64,000 nt of DNA from Nitrospirota bacterium (GCA_963845065.1 CAWJQQ010000009.1:576001-640000); one strand, 5' to 3'. Counted from the first letter of the stretch, positions 9,095 through 19,839 are shown. Numbers and translations are program-made. The notes: generated by a model not told the origin, from the letters alone.

Positions 9095-9763
9095 ATGAGT
9101 ATGCTTTTCACTCACTCAAAGGGTTGTGCGTCTCTCCCTGCCGCCTTGGTACTGGCCCTTATTTCTGTGTTTGCAGCGTTTTCATCATCTTGGGCGGGGA
9201 CAACTTCTGTCACAACGCAAATCGAAAAGCTTCGAAGGCAGATCGTGACGCTGCAGCAGCAGGCGGATGAGCTAGAGGAGGAGAACAAGGGGCTTCGCAT
9301 GTTCCTTGCTGCGCAGGAAGACAACCATATGTACATCGTCGTAGACACGGAGAGCAACAGGCTTATGCTACGACAGGGGAACATCGTACTTCTTACGGCC
9401 GTATGCGGGACCGGTAGCCGACAGTTCATCGAGTCTGAGACTGGGACAAGTTGGTACTTCGAGACACCCATGGGTTCGTTTACGGTCCTTGGGAAAGAGC
9501 GGAATCCAGTTTGGATACGGCCAGACTGGTCCTACGTGGAGGAGAACATGCCGGTGCCTGCGGAGAAGGATCCCGATCGGCTTGTGCGCGGAGTTCTTGG
9601 AAAGTATGCGCTGCTCCTCGGAAATGGATACAAAATCCATGGGACCAAATGGACCGATCTTCTGGGAACCCATTTTACACATGGGTGTGTTTCGCTCGGA
9701 GATGATGATTTGGAAGTCGTCTATAAATCAGCGGAGATCGGTACAAAAGTTTATCTTTATTAG
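9095..9763 (+). CDS. L,D-transpeptidase (YkuD) with signal peptide and coiled coil
   Basis: ETP.G, P.W..PDW, IHGT...THGCV catalytic His/Cys. Confidence 0.88.
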   Translation: MSMLFTHSKGCASLPAALVLALISVFAAFSSSWAGTTSVTTQIEKLRRQIVTLQQQADELEEENKGLRMFLAAQEDNHMYIVVDTESNRLMLRQGNIVLLTAVCGTGSRQFIESETGTSWYFETPMGSFTVLGKERNPVWIRPDWSYVEENMPVPAEKDPDRLVRGVLGKYALLLGNGYKIHGTKWTDLLGTHFTHGCVSLGDDDLEVVYKSAEIGTKVYLY

Positions 9764-9776
9764 TGCGGAGTCATCG

Positions 9777-10304
9777 GTGAAAAGCTGTCTCATAAAAATT
9801 CAGGTATTGTGCTTTGCTCTTTCAGCTCTTTTCCTAATGGGTGCGGCCAGAAGTGATTTCGCTGGTGATGAGCGCACATCGCTCGTAGAACAGACGTCAG
9901 CGCTACGGCAAAAAATCGTGGTACTCAGGCACGAGCAGGACTATCTGCTTTTTCAAAAGGCAATGTTCAGCACGGACTCGAAATATCTCATCATGAACTT
10001 CGCGAAGCGCACGGGACAGCTCATGTACAAAAACAGAGTGCTTATGAACTTTCGGTTTAAACTGCCAGGGAAATATCACGGGCGCCGGCTTCAGAAGGGA
10101 ATGTTGGTGCTTAGGAAGAAAACGGAGGGGAAGAATGACCATCACACGCTGGCCTTCGGTGGTAGGTCGTTTATCATGCAATGGGAGCGGACCGCTGTGC
10201 CTGCGAAGGAATCTGGCATTCCGGCCATATCTCTTCAAAAAAAGGACATGATGTCTGTCTATTATGCCTTAGAGGAGGGAGCCTTGGCGTACGTTATCCG
10301 TTGA
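9777..10304 (+). CDS. Secreted YkuD-like paralog lacking catalytic His/Cys
   Basis: GGAG then GTG 9777; same signal-coil-domain layout as the upstream gene; C-terminus aligns to it by eye. Confidence 0.6.
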   Translation: MKSCLIKIQVLCFALSALFLMGAARSDFAGDERTSLVEQTSALRQKIVVLRHEQDYLLFQKAMFSTDSKYLIMNFAKRTGQLMYKNRVLMNFRFKLPGKYHGRRLQKGMLVLRKKTEGKNDHHTLAFGGRSFIMQWERTAVPAKESGIPAISLQKKDMMSVYYALEEGALAYVIR

Positions 10305-10609
10305 TCTCGGGGTATGACGTTTCCCATCCTGAAAAAAATACAGGCGGGAACAGGAGCGAAGGTACTCAGAATATGACAAACACGTTGTTGAGGTAAAATG
10401 TAGCGCATCTCAGAGCAGAATCCGACAGGAAGAGAGTCCCGGTTTTTTCTTGAAGATCTTGGAACTACTTCATTAGGAAGGCACCGCAGGACCCTCCGCA
10501 TGCTTAAGCGGTTTGAGCACGTCAACTGTTCTATCCATAGTCAGCTGTTTTTTAGGATTATCTTTTCTTCCGAGTGGTGAGTGCCTTTTCATCACCAGGC
10601 AATTTCAGG

Positions 10610-10637
10610 TTGACTCAGACCTAATTCACGGTATAAT
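10610..10637 (+). promoter_or_regulatory. sigma70 promoter positioned to give a leaderless mRNA
   Basis: TTGACT-16 bp-TATAAT-6 nt-ATG. Confidence 0.65.
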
Positions 10638-10643
10638 CATCCT

Positions 10644-12059
10644 ATGCGAGAACTCATTAGGGGCGAGGATTTTTACGATGGCACTGCCTTGCTCGGCGAC
10701 CCGGTGCATGGTTATATCTCTTTCACCACACCACGGAGCATAGGCGACAAGACCGAGAAAGATCTTATCGATACAGCCTGGATGCAACGCTTACGACAAA
10801 TTTATCAGCTCCAGAGTGCGCGTTGGGTCTACCCGTCCGCTGAACACAGCAGATTTCAGCATGTACTCGGCGCTATGCACCTGGCAGGACGTTTCGCCCG
10901 TCATCTTTATCCATCACTCAAGGCGGCAGTGCCCGATTGTCCATCAGCAAATTTTGTGGAGGAGTTCCTCAGGCTGGCCGCACTGCTCCATGATATCGGC
11001 CACGGTCCCTTCGGTCATTTTTTCGATGATAACTACCTTGCGCAGTACGATCTGACCCATGAAAAGATCGGCCAGCATATCATTCGAACAGAGCTTGCCG
11101 ATATCATCAAGGCCATTCGCAGAAGCCCAACCGGTGAGTTTGGCAAGGGAGAAAAACTGAACCCGGATCAGGTCGCTTTTCTTATAGGCAAAGGTCCTGG
11201 ATCGTCCTCGTCAAAACAACCACGCTGGGTCAGTTTTCTTCAACCCCTCCTTTCCGGCATCTATACCGTGGACAACCTAGACTATGTGATGCGTGACGCC
11301 TTCATGTGCGGAGTGGCCATCGGCGCTGTAGATATCGACCGACTCATGTATTACACGTTTTTCACGGAGAAAGGGCTAACGCTCCATAAATCCGGGCTCT
11401 CTGCGCTGAATATGTTCCTTAACGCCAGGCTATACCTATACACGAATGTTTATTACCACCGGACGACGCGGGCCATCGACGAGCACTTGAAAGAATTGTT
11501 CAAGGATACGATGGCAAAACTCTTCCCCCATGATAACCCGGTCAAGAACCTGAAGGAATATCTTCTTCTGACCGACTGGTCTTTGCTCGAAAGTGTACGA
11601 AAATGGGGAGGCAACAGGAATGCTGAAATCGCCGAACTCGGAAAACAGTGGACTGCCATCCTTGCCCGGGAGGTAAAATGGAAGATGGCATACGATGTTA
11701 CCCTGTCGATGCGGGAGATAGAAAAAGGGAAAACTATTATCGATGCTAGGGAACTCGTGAGCCGGATCAAACGGAACTTGCCTTCCAAGTTGAAAGAACT
11801 GCCCTTTCGTGTGGATATGGCTAGCCAAGACCCAAGACCAGTCAACCCGCTCATGATGGGCGAACGCCAGATCTACGTGTTCAACCCGTCCACGCGCAAA
11901 GTTGAGAAAGAGCCGCTCAAGGATTTTTTCGACTATATCCCCGCGCGTGTGGTACAGTGCCGGATCTTTACTCTCAACCACGACCATGACAAAGATTTCG
12001 CCGACATCGTGGAAAAAGTGCTTGGGATTCAGGAAGACAGCATTAAAACAAACGTCTGA
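10644..12059 (+). CDS. HD-domain phosphohydrolase (SAMHD1/dNTPase-like)
   Basis: DPVHG, QRLRQIYQL, HSRFQH, LLHDIGHGPF, DNLDY..RD. Confidence 0.88.
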   Translation: MRELIRGEDFYDGTALLGDPVHGYISFTTPRSIGDKTEKDLIDTAWMQRLRQIYQLQSARWVYPSAEHSRFQHVLGAMHLAGRFARHLYPSLKAAVPDCPSANFVEEFLRLAALLHDIGHGPFGHFFDDNYLAQYDLTHEKIGQHIIRTELADIIKAIRRSPTGEFGKGEKLNPDQVAFLIGKGPGSSSSKQPRWVSFLQPLLSGIYTVDNLDYVMRDAFMCGVAIGAVDIDRLMYYTFFTEKGLTLHKSGLSALNMFLNARLYLYTNVYYHRTTRAIDEHLKELFKDTMAKLFPHDNPVKNLKEYLLLTDWSLLESVRKWGGNRNAEIAELGKQWTAILAREVKWKMAYDVTLSMREIEKGKTIIDARELVSRIKRNLPSKLKELPFRVDMASQDPRPVNPLMMGERQIYVFNPSTRKVEKEPLKDFFDYIPARVVQCRIFTLNHDHDKDFADIVEKVLGIQEDSIKTNV

Positions 12060-12297
12060 AGCTCTACCACCCTGCTTCAATTTTCCCGAATATTTTTTTT
12101 ATACCGATGCTTCAGCAGAAAGACGATTTTCCCTTAGGACATGCCGGAACAGAGCATGCACGTTGGACAACCCCCTAATCGCAGCATGCAATATAGTTTC
12201 TGCTCTCCCTTATTTTTTGTGTTTCTTTTCCTGTATACTGTGATTTGTCTGAATAGTTTCTGGTCATGGAGAGATGACGTTATCCTGTAGGCGGTTC

Positions 12298-12674
12298 ATG
12301 GCAAAGGTTAAACAAGAGCATAAGATCGTAATCAGCACGGCTATAGCCATCGTAATTATCTGGTGCGGTGACGCTGTTTACCAATCTTTTATTTCCCACA
12401 AAAGTTCTTTCCTGCACGTCCTTACTAATGTGACAGGCCATGAACCTGTTCTCCGAATAGCCCTCACCTTGAGTTTTCTCGTCTTCGGCATCTCTGTCTC
12501 ACGTATCCTGGCTAAACAAAAGCGTGCTGAAGCGGACCACAAAAAACAGACCACCGACATTGAGTGCTCCGTGAAGATGAGGAAGGTATCGATTCGCTGA
12601 TTAAGTGTGCCGATGATGCTATGTATGCTTCGAAACCGGGTGGGAGGAATCGCATAACTTTCGACAAGCAATAG
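12298..12674 (+). pseudogene. Internally deleted membrane diguanylate cyclase
   Basis: Two TM segments, then in another frame SLIKCADDAMYASKPGGRNRI (GGDEF-domain C-terminus) to TAG 12672-12674; the GGDEF core is absent. Confidence 0.7.
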
Positions 12675-12829
12675 TCTTTATCCTCATATTAGCAAGACGC
12701 AACTTCTTCATTCCGTCTTGTCCGGGACCCAACAGCAGGAAGGATCCCTTCTGCGCCTCGCTTGTGAGAATGACGGAATTGCGTGATATGACGATCTCAA
12801 CATTATTGTGAGACGTTTAAAAAATAGTT

Positions 12830-14674
12830 TCATTTTTTTCTTATGCGGTCCTTGATCTTGTCTTTTATGGCTTCGGCAATCGCGGTGTGTGATATTCCTT
12901 CGTATCCCAAGAGCTCATCTGGCTTGCCGCTTCGGGGCATCTTTCGCACAGCGAGCATGTAAACAGGAACTCCTACACTGGAAACCGCGCTCGTTACGGC
13001 TTCGCCAAGGCCTCCTTCGGCAAAGTGGTCTTCCACTGAAATGATAAGGCCTGTCTCCCGGGCAGTCTTCACGAGAGTCTCCACATCGATCGGTTTTATA
13101 CTGTATAGATCGATCACCCGTACTAACAATCCTACCTGCTTCAATTCTTCATATGCCCTGAGCGCTTCATGGAGCGTAACCCCAGCAGCTACTACCGCGG
13201 CAATATCCGCCTTGTTTGACCGTAAGACCTTGCTGCCGCCGATGCGGAACACTTCGTCATTGCGGTACAAAATCGGCGTATCCTTCCTCGTTGTTCTAAT
13301 ATAGGCGATCCCCTCGTGCTTTGCCATCTCTTCGACGAGTTTTTCAGTAGACACCGCATCGGAAGGATAGAGGACCACGCAGTTTAGGAGTGTCCTGAAC
13401 ATGGCGATATCCTCCAAGCCCATCTGGGATGAGCCGTCTTCGCCTATGGATACGCCCGCATGGGATCCACAGAGCTTGATGTTTGCAAGGGAATACTGGC
13501 ACATGCGGATCTGGTCAAAAGCCCGGGTTAGGAAGGCTGCAAAGGTCGAAACAAATGGTACTTTACCGCGAATCGACAGACCGAGCGCATTGCCGATCAT
13601 GTTTTGTTCCGCGATATACATTTCAAAAAATCGTTCCGGGTATTTTGATTTGAAAATTTCGGAGTATGTCGAATTGCTCACTTCGGCATCGAGTACTACC
13701 ATATCCGGGAATTTCGGATAGATGCGCTCAAGAGCTGTGCCGTACGCATGGCGGGTGGCGACAGGTTTGTCCGAAGAATAAGAGACCGGCTTAGCATCGC
13801 TTCCCTTTAATTTTTCAGGTCTTAAATCGTCGGGTTTCGGTATATTTCCCATAGCTGTTGTGTCGATTGGGCCGAGATCCTGGAGAGCGCGCGCAAGATC
13901 GTCCTTTTTCAGCGGCTTGCCGTGCCAGCCGTTCTTGTCCTCGATGAAAGAAACGCCCTTGCCCTTAAGTGTTTTAGCAATAATCATGACCGGCTTGTCT
14001 TTGGCTTGCATTGCTTGCTTGTATGCCGTAAGGATCTGCGGCAGATAGTGGCCGTCGATGACGATGGGCTCCCACCCAAAGGACGCCACTCTGTCCCTGT
14101 ACACCGAAAGGTCATGTCCGTACATGGTCTCGCCGCGCTGGCCTAGACGGTTTACATCGATGATTCCGATGAGGTTGTCAAGTCGGTAATGTGCGGCGAT
14201 CTCCATGGCCTCCCACTGGGATCCTTCAGCCATCTCACTGTCACCGAGGAGCACGTAGGTCCGGTAGGGAAGCTTGTCCAGATATTTTGCATTCAGCGCC
14301 ATACCTGCACCGATTGAGAGTCCTTGGCCAAGCGAGCCTGTGGCTGCTTCGGTATATTTAAACTCCCGCGTTGGATGACCTTCGAGGGAACTCGTGAATT
14401 TTCTGAATTCGAGCAGTTCTTTTTCTGAAAGTCTCCCGGCAGCGGCCCATATGGAGTAGAATAGGGGCGAAGCATGACCTTTTGAAAAGATGAGCCGGTC
14501 GTTGTTCGGATGATGAGGATCGTCGAGGTCGTATTTGAATGTCCCCCCGAATACAAGGCCGGTCATGAGGTCCGCGGCAGATAGAGAGGACGTCGGATGT
14601 CCTGAACCCGCCTCGGTGGTCATGATAAGACTGTAGTAGCGAATAAGTTTCGCAATGTTTTCAAGATCGTTCAT
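12830..14674 (-). CDS. tkt: Transketolase
   Basis: SGHPTSSLS, SKGHA, TGSLGQG, GDSE..EG TPP motif, GEDGSSQ. Confidence 0.93.
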   Translation of the reverse strand: MNDLENIAKLIRYYSLIMTTEAGSGHPTSSLSAADLMTGLVFGGTFKYDLDDPHHPNNDRLIFSKGHASPLFYSIWAAAGRLSEKELLEFRKFTSSLEGHPTREFKYTEAATGSLGQGLSIGAGMALNAKYLDKLPYRTYVLLGDSEMAEGSQWEAMEIAAHYRLDNLIGIIDVNRLGQRGETMYGHDLSVYRDRVASFGWEPIVIDGHYLPQILTAYKQAMQAKDKPVMIIAKTLKGKGVSFIEDKNGWHGKPLKKDDLARALQDLGPIDTTAMGNIPKPDDLRPEKLKGSDAKPVSYSSDKPVATRHAYGTALERIYPKFPDMVVLDAEVSNSTYSEIFKSKYPERFFEMYIAEQNMIGNALGLSIRGKVPFVSTFAAFLTRAFDQIRMCQYSLANIKLCGSHAGVSIGEDGSSQMGLEDIAMFRTLLNCVVLYPSDAVSTEKLVEEMAKHEGIAYIRTTRKDTPILYRNDEVFRIGGSKVLRSNKADIAAVVAAGVTLHEALRAYEELKQVGLLVRVIDLYSIKPIDVETLVKTARETGLIISVEDHFAEGGLGEAVTSAVSSVGVPVYMLAVRKMPRSGKPDELLGYEGISHTAIAEAIKDKIKDRIRKK

Positions 14675-14855
14675 AATGCACCCCTCTCGTATTTGCAACA
14701 GACGACACAGATTATACCAGGTAAAACTTTAGTCCCGAAAGGAAGGTCAGGAATTCACAAAAAGATAAAGTAAAACTGTTATCTTCCTGAGGAAATGGCT
14801 GCGAACATTCATGGATTCCCTGTCTTCTGCGTCCTGTTATGACATGTTGCTTATA

Positions 14856-16289
14856 TTATAACAGACGCTGAACTGTCACTTTAATGAGTTCGATAAGAGG
14901 TGTAGGATATACTCCGAACAAGATCAAGAGCAGTGTAAGCGCAGCAAGCACGATACTGCCACTTCGGGAAATTTTTATTTTCAGCCGAACATCATCTTTG
15001 AGATCCGAGAACATAGAGATTACAATACGCAGATAATAAAACAGTCCTATGACGCTGTTGACCACAAGGGCGAACACCACCAGCCAAAGCGCAGAGCCCA
15101 CGCTGGCAGCTACGATGTAAAACTTTCCTATGAAACCAGCAGTCAGCGGAATGCCGGCGAGCGAGAACAGCATGGCACTAAAAACGCCGGCAAGCCATGG
15201 CCGATTCCAGATGAGGCCGCGATAATCCTCCAGACTGTCCGCGTCCCGCTGCCCGTCTGAAAGCACTGTCACGACGCCGAACGCTCCGAGTGTCGTCACG
15301 AAATAGGCACTGAGGTAAAACGCTGCTGCAGCGGCGGCCATTTGGCCGCTTGCAAGCACGGTCACGAGCAGATAGCCGAGATGTGATATAGACGAATAGG
15401 CTAGGATGCGTTTTACGTTCGTCTGAAGCAGGGCAAGGAGGTTGCCTGCGAACATTGACGTTACTGCAATGACCGTAATGATTGTAACAATCGCTTCATA
15501 ATGATGAATGTTGATCTTCATAAAATAACGCAGAATGAGGGCAAAGACTGCGCCTTTAGACATGGTGGCAATCAATGCTGTGACCGGAGCAGGTGCGCCT
15601 TCGTAGACATCGGGCGTCCAGAGATGAAAAGGCACGACGGCAAGTTTGAATCCGATTCCCACGATGATCAGGCCGATACCAGCAAGGAAGGGTAGACGGT
15701 GCACTTCAGTGCCTGCTAACTGTACAGCGGTTTCGTTGAATCCCATGCTGCCTGTTTCAGCATACACAAGCGCCATGCCAAAGAGGATGAAGGCCGACGA
15801 TACTGCCGCAAGGATGAGGTATTTGGCCCCTGCCTCAACGCTGCGGTTGCTGTGTCGCAGATAGGCGGACAGGCCGTAAAGCGATATACTCAAGAGCTCA
15901 ATACCGAGAAAGAAAGAAGCAAAGTGCGTTGCCGCAGCAAGCACAGCACAGCCGAGCGCGGCAAGAAGGACGAGCAGATAAAATTCTTCACTATGTTCCT
16001 GATGTTTCTCAAGATAAGAATATGCGAGTGCGGAAACGCTGAATCCTGCGAGGAGAATGAGACCGAGGTAAAAGAAGGCGAAACGGTCGATGATGAGCAG
16101 CGGTGTGACTGCGCGGGGCAGGACGTAGGATGCGTATATAATGCTTGCAGCAGAGATCGCAAAGCCCGCGAGCGTAAGAAACACCGTGAATTTGTGGTTG
16201 CGATAAAAGGCGATCACAAGCATGACCAAGACGGATGTCGCGGCCAGGACAAGATAGGGTGAAAGAGCGGTCAAATCATCGATGTTCAT
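14856..16289 (-). CDS. nuoN: NADH-quinone oxidoreductase subunit N
   Basis: FK..VPFHLWTPDVYEGAP, KRILAYSSI, GIPLTAGF. Confidence 0.95.
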   Translation of the reverse strand: MNIDDLTALSPYLVLAATSVLVMLVIAFYRNHKFTVFLTLAGFAISAASIIYASYVLPRAVTPLLIIDRFAFFYLGLILLAGFSVSALAYSYLEKHQEHSEEFYLLVLLAALGCAVLAAATHFASFFLGIELLSISLYGLSAYLRHSNRSVEAGAKYLILAAVSSAFILFGMALVYAETGSMGFNETAVQLAGTEVHRLPFLAGIGLIIVGIGFKLAVVPFHLWTPDVYEGAPAPVTALIATMSKGAVFALILRYFMKINIHHYEAIVTIITVIAVTSMFAGNLLALLQTNVKRILAYSSISHLGYLLVTVLASGQMAAAAAAFYLSAYFVTTLGAFGVVTVLSDGQRDADSLEDYRGLIWNRPWLAGVFSAMLFSLAGIPLTAGFIGKFYIVAASVGSALWLVVFALVVNSVIGLFYYLRIVISMFSDLKDDVRLKIKISRSGSIVLAALTLLLILFGVYPTPLIELIKVTVQRLL

Positions 16290-17797
16290 TCTTCACCCCG
16301 TTTTGATTGGACCGGTTGCTCATGTAACGCGAGCGGGGCCATGTTCTGGAGCACGGGCTCGGCGGTTTTTAGCAATGGGCGGGGGAAGATGCCGATCCAG
16401 AAGATCATGACAATCATGGTTCCTAGCATAGCGGTCTCGCGTTTTGTAATATCTAAAATTCGCAAGCTCTTTGCCCTTTCTCCATGAAAGACTCGCTGCA
16501 CGATCCAGAGAGAGTAAATTGCAGAGAGGACAAGGCCGCTTGCTGCAACGATGGTTATTGAGCTATGGGCGCGATAGGAACCGAGAAGAATCATGAATTC
16601 AGCAACAAAATTGCCGAAGCCCGGCAGACCGAGCGAAGCCAAAGCGAATACAAGTCCTACTGCGCTCAGCCGGGGCGAAGCTGACCAGAGTCCGCCCATC
16701 CGGTCCATCTCGCGTGTATGGATACGCTCCTGGATCATACCGACGATGATGAAGAGAGCTCCGGTGCTCACACCGTGCGCTACGATCTGCATGATCGCGC
16801 CGGAGAGTGACGTAGTGTTGTTGGCAAAGACACCGAGCAGCACAAAGCCCATATGGCTGACGCTAGTGTATGCCACAAGACGTTTAAGATCGCTCTGAGC
16901 AAAAGCGAGTACTGCACCGTAGATGATTCCGACAGTGGCAAGGATCATCATCATCGGTGCGATCGAAGAAGCAGCATCGGGGAAAAGCGGCAGCACAAAT
17001 CGCAGGAGTCCATATGCCCCGGTCTTAAGGAGCAGTCCTGCGAGGATAACGCTTCCGGCAGTCGGTGCCTCAGTATGGGCATCAGGAAGCCAGGGATGAA
17101 ACGGGACGGCGGGCAGCTTAACGATGAAGGCTATAAGGAAGCCGAGCATGATCCAGAACGCTGTACTAGGGGACATCTTCGTACCGATTAACAGCGCATA
17201 ATCGAAGGTGTACGTACCGGTGCCGATGCCGTGAACGAAGTACAGCGCCAGGATCGAAAGCAGCATGAGGAGGCCACCGGCCTGGGTGAAAATAAAGAAC
17301 TTGAGTGATGCATAAACGCGGTTCTCATGTCCCCAGATGTTGATCAGAAAATACATGGGTACGAGCATCAGCTCCCAGAAGAAGTAAAACAGAAAAAGGT
17401 CCATCGCGAGAAACACGCCGAGGATGCCGGCTAGTATCCAGAGAAGGTTTAAGTGGAAGAAACCAACGCGATCGCGGATCTCGGTCCATGAACAGATCAC
17501 GGAGATGATACCGAGGAAGAGAGTGAGCGCCACAAGTATTAGGCTCAGGCCATCTATGGCCAGATGGAGGTTGATTCCGAGCTGCGGGATCCAGGGCTTG
17601 CTCAGCTCAGCGAGCCACGCGCCGCGGTTAAGTCCGAGTTGGACGGACGGCCCGGACCAGAAGGATATCAATAGGATTAAATCGAGTGCGAGTGCAACAA
17701 GCGAAACCCATCTGGCTGATTCGCTGTCCTTGCGGTCCAGAACCCATGCGGCAAGCCCGCCCACGAGCGGTATGAGGATGAGCCACGCGAGGATCAT
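16286..17797 (-). CDS. nuoM: NADH-quinone oxidoreductase subunit M
   Basis: FWELMLVPMY, HPWLPDAHTEAP, GLPGFGNFVAEF. Confidence 0.95.
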   Translation of the reverse strand: MILAWLILIPLVGGLAAWVLDRKDSESARWVSLVALALDLILLISFWSGPSVQLGLNRGAWLAELSKPWIPQLGINLHLAIDGLSLILVALTLFLGIISVICSWTEIRDRVGFFHLNLLWILAGILGVFLAMDLFLFYFFWELMLVPMYFLINIWGHENRVYASLKFFIFTQAGGLLMLLSILALYFVHGIGTGTYTFDYALLIGTKMSPSTAFWIMLGFLIAFIVKLPAVPFHPWLPDAHTEAPTAGSVILAGLLLKTGAYGLLRFVLPLFPDAASSIAPMMMILATVGIIYGAVLAFAQSDLKRLVAYTSVSHMGFVLLGVFANNTTSLSGAIMQIVAHGVSTGALFIIVGMIQERIHTREMDRMGGLWSASPRLSAVGLVFALASLGLPGFGNFVAEFMILLGSYRAHSSITIVAASGLVLSAIYSLWIVQRVFHGERAKSLRILDITKRETAMLGTMIVMIFWIGIFPRPLLKTAEPVLQNMAPLALHEQPVQSKRGEE

Positions 17798-17922
17798 GAA
17801 TGTTTATCTCTCATAAGATTGAACCAATTGAACCTCGATGTTACGAAGTAAGCAAAAGAATTCCGGAGTGGAACGTGATTCAAGATATTTTTCGTGACCC
17901 TAATGCCCTAGTTGTAACCTTC

Positions 17923-19821
17923 TTAAAGTGTTAGTATGATTATAAAGGCGAGAAACACTACAGCGCCTAATGCAATTCCCATCGCATACCACCTTAAATT
18001 CCCTGTTTGCGTTTTGCTCAAGACACCATGGACCGTACGATTAAAGTACGCTATCCTCGTATATCCCAAATCAATAAAGTCATTTTTATTAATCCTTGCA
18101 ATCCTGAGGAATGGATTGATCAAAAGCTTTTCGTAAAGCCAATCGAAACCCCAGCCTGAAAACCAGAACCTTCTCAGAGCGGTACCAGCAGCGGAGTGCG
18201 CGAGCTTCTCAGCCAAATGTGGACTGCGAAAAAAGTAGAGATAAGCGATACAAACTCCCGCAAGTGACACGAACGCGGTTACGAGCTGGAGCAGGAGTTC
18301 AGTTCCTGCTTCGGCATGTTGAGCAATCTGTTCATGAAACACTGGTTGCATAAAGCGAGAGAACAGAGGCGAGTTGCCAAGCGTATCGGGAAGCTCGACG
18401 AACCCTCCAATGATCGATAAAACAGCAAGAATCACAAGCGGCGCGACCATTCTTGCGCCCGGTCGATGGCTCGTTTCTTTTTTTGCTTGACCGAAGAATG
18501 TGATAAATACCACGCGGAAAGTATAAATAGAAGTAATGAAGGCGCCCAGCAGCCCTGCTGCCCACAATGCAACACTGCCGGAAGAAGAAGACCATGCCTG
18601 CCACAGGATCAGGTCTTTACTGTAGAAACCCGCGGTCACGAGGGGCAGTGCAGAGAGCGAAGCCGAACCGATGAGAAATGTCCAGAAGGTTGAAGGCAGC
18701 TTGCTGCGCAGGCCACCCATCTTGAAGATGTTATGCTCCCCATGCTGGGCAAGGATTACGACACCTGCGCCAAGGAACAGGAGCGCCTTGAAGAATGCAT
18801 GGGTCATGAAGTGGAACATGGCAGCAGACCACGCTCCAACTCCGAGAGCCAGGAACATGTAACCGATCTGACTGATCGTGGAATAGGCGAGAACCCGCTT
18901 GATATCGTTTTGGACAATGGCGCTGAAACCGGCTATGAGAAGCGTTGCTGCGCCGATCACAGCTACTGCATTCTGCACCGGAGGTGCAAGTTCGAAGAGT
19001 ACATGGGTACGAGCGATCAAGTAAACACCAGCCGTTACCATGGTTGCGGCATGGATCAAGGCGCTGACTGGTGTCGGGCCTGCCATGGCGTCGGGCAGCC
19101 AAACCTGGAGAGGCAGCTGTGCGGACTTGCCGAGTGCTCCTCCCAATAGCAACGCCGCTGCAAGGATAGCGGTTTCCGACCCGACGGACCACTTTGTAGA
19201 CGCTGTCAACATCAGTTCCTGTATGTTGAGTGTTCCCAGGTTGGTGAAGAGCAAAAATAGCCCGATGGCCAGTGCCGTGTCGCCGATGCGGGTCACGATG
19301 AAGGCCTTGCGCGCAGCGCGACCGTTCACAGGATCGCTGTACCAGAAGCCGATCAAGAGATAGCTGCAAAGCCCGACACCCTCCCATCCGAGATACAGAA
19401 ACACAAGATTGTCGGCAAGCACGAGGATGAGCATGGCGCTAACGAACAGGTTCATGTATGCAAAAAACCTGCTGTACCCTTCATCTTCGAACATATATTC
19501 AGCCGAGTACACGTGGATCAGGAATCCAACGATGGTAATCACAAGTACCATGACCAGCGAGAGCGGATCAAGGGAGAACGAGATTGATGGTGAATATCCA
19601 TCGAATTGCATCCAATTCCAGAGCGTCTGAGTGAAGGGACGCCCGCTCGGCGATGTCGTAATGAAACGATAGCCGATTAACAGGGCTATGAGCGCCGAAA
19701 GTCCTACTGAGCCAGCGCCGACAAGAGCAATGACGCTCTTGGGCAAACGGCGGCCTGTCAATGCCAGGATGATAAATCCGGCAAAGGGCAGGGCTGGTAT
19801 GAGAAAGAGAAAATCGTTCAT
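17923..19821 (-). CDS. nuoL: NADH-quinone oxidoreductase subunit L
   Basis: GWEGVGLCSYLLIGFW, WLPDAMAGPTPVSALIHAATMV. Confidence 0.95.
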   Translation of the reverse strand: MNDFLFLIPALPFAGFIILALTGRRLPKSVIALVGAGSVGLSALIALLIGYRFITTSPSGRPFTQTLWNWMQFDGYSPSISFSLDPLSLVMVLVITIVGFLIHVYSAEYMFEDEGYSRFFAYMNLFVSAMLILVLADNLVFLYLGWEGVGLCSYLLIGFWYSDPVNGRAARKAFIVTRIGDTALAIGLFLLFTNLGTLNIQELMLTASTKWSVGSETAILAAALLLGGALGKSAQLPLQVWLPDAMAGPTPVSALIHAATMVTAGVYLIARTHVLFELAPPVQNAVAVIGAATLLIAGFSAIVQNDIKRVLAYSTISQIGYMFLALGVGAWSAAMFHFMTHAFFKALLFLGAGVVILAQHGEHNIFKMGGLRSKLPSTFWTFLIGSASLSALPLVTAGFYSKDLILWQAWSSSSGSVALWAAGLLGAFITSIYTFRVVFITFFGQAKKETSHRPGARMVAPLVILAVLSIIGGFVELPDTLGNSPLFSRFMQPVFHEQIAQHAEAGTELLLQLVTAFVSLAGVCIAYLYFFRSPHLAEKLAHSAAGTALRRFWFSGWGFDWLYEKLLINPFLRIARINKNDFIDLGYTRIAYFNRTVHGVLSKTQTGNLRWYAMGIALGAVVFLAFIIILTL

Positions 19822-19839
19822 AGCTCAGTGTGAAGACAA

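Noticed and set aside
9489..9776. 5' extension of the 271-aa ORF
   Set aside because: Overlaps the L,D-transpeptidase in another frame; GTG 9777 has an RBS and starts a signal peptide
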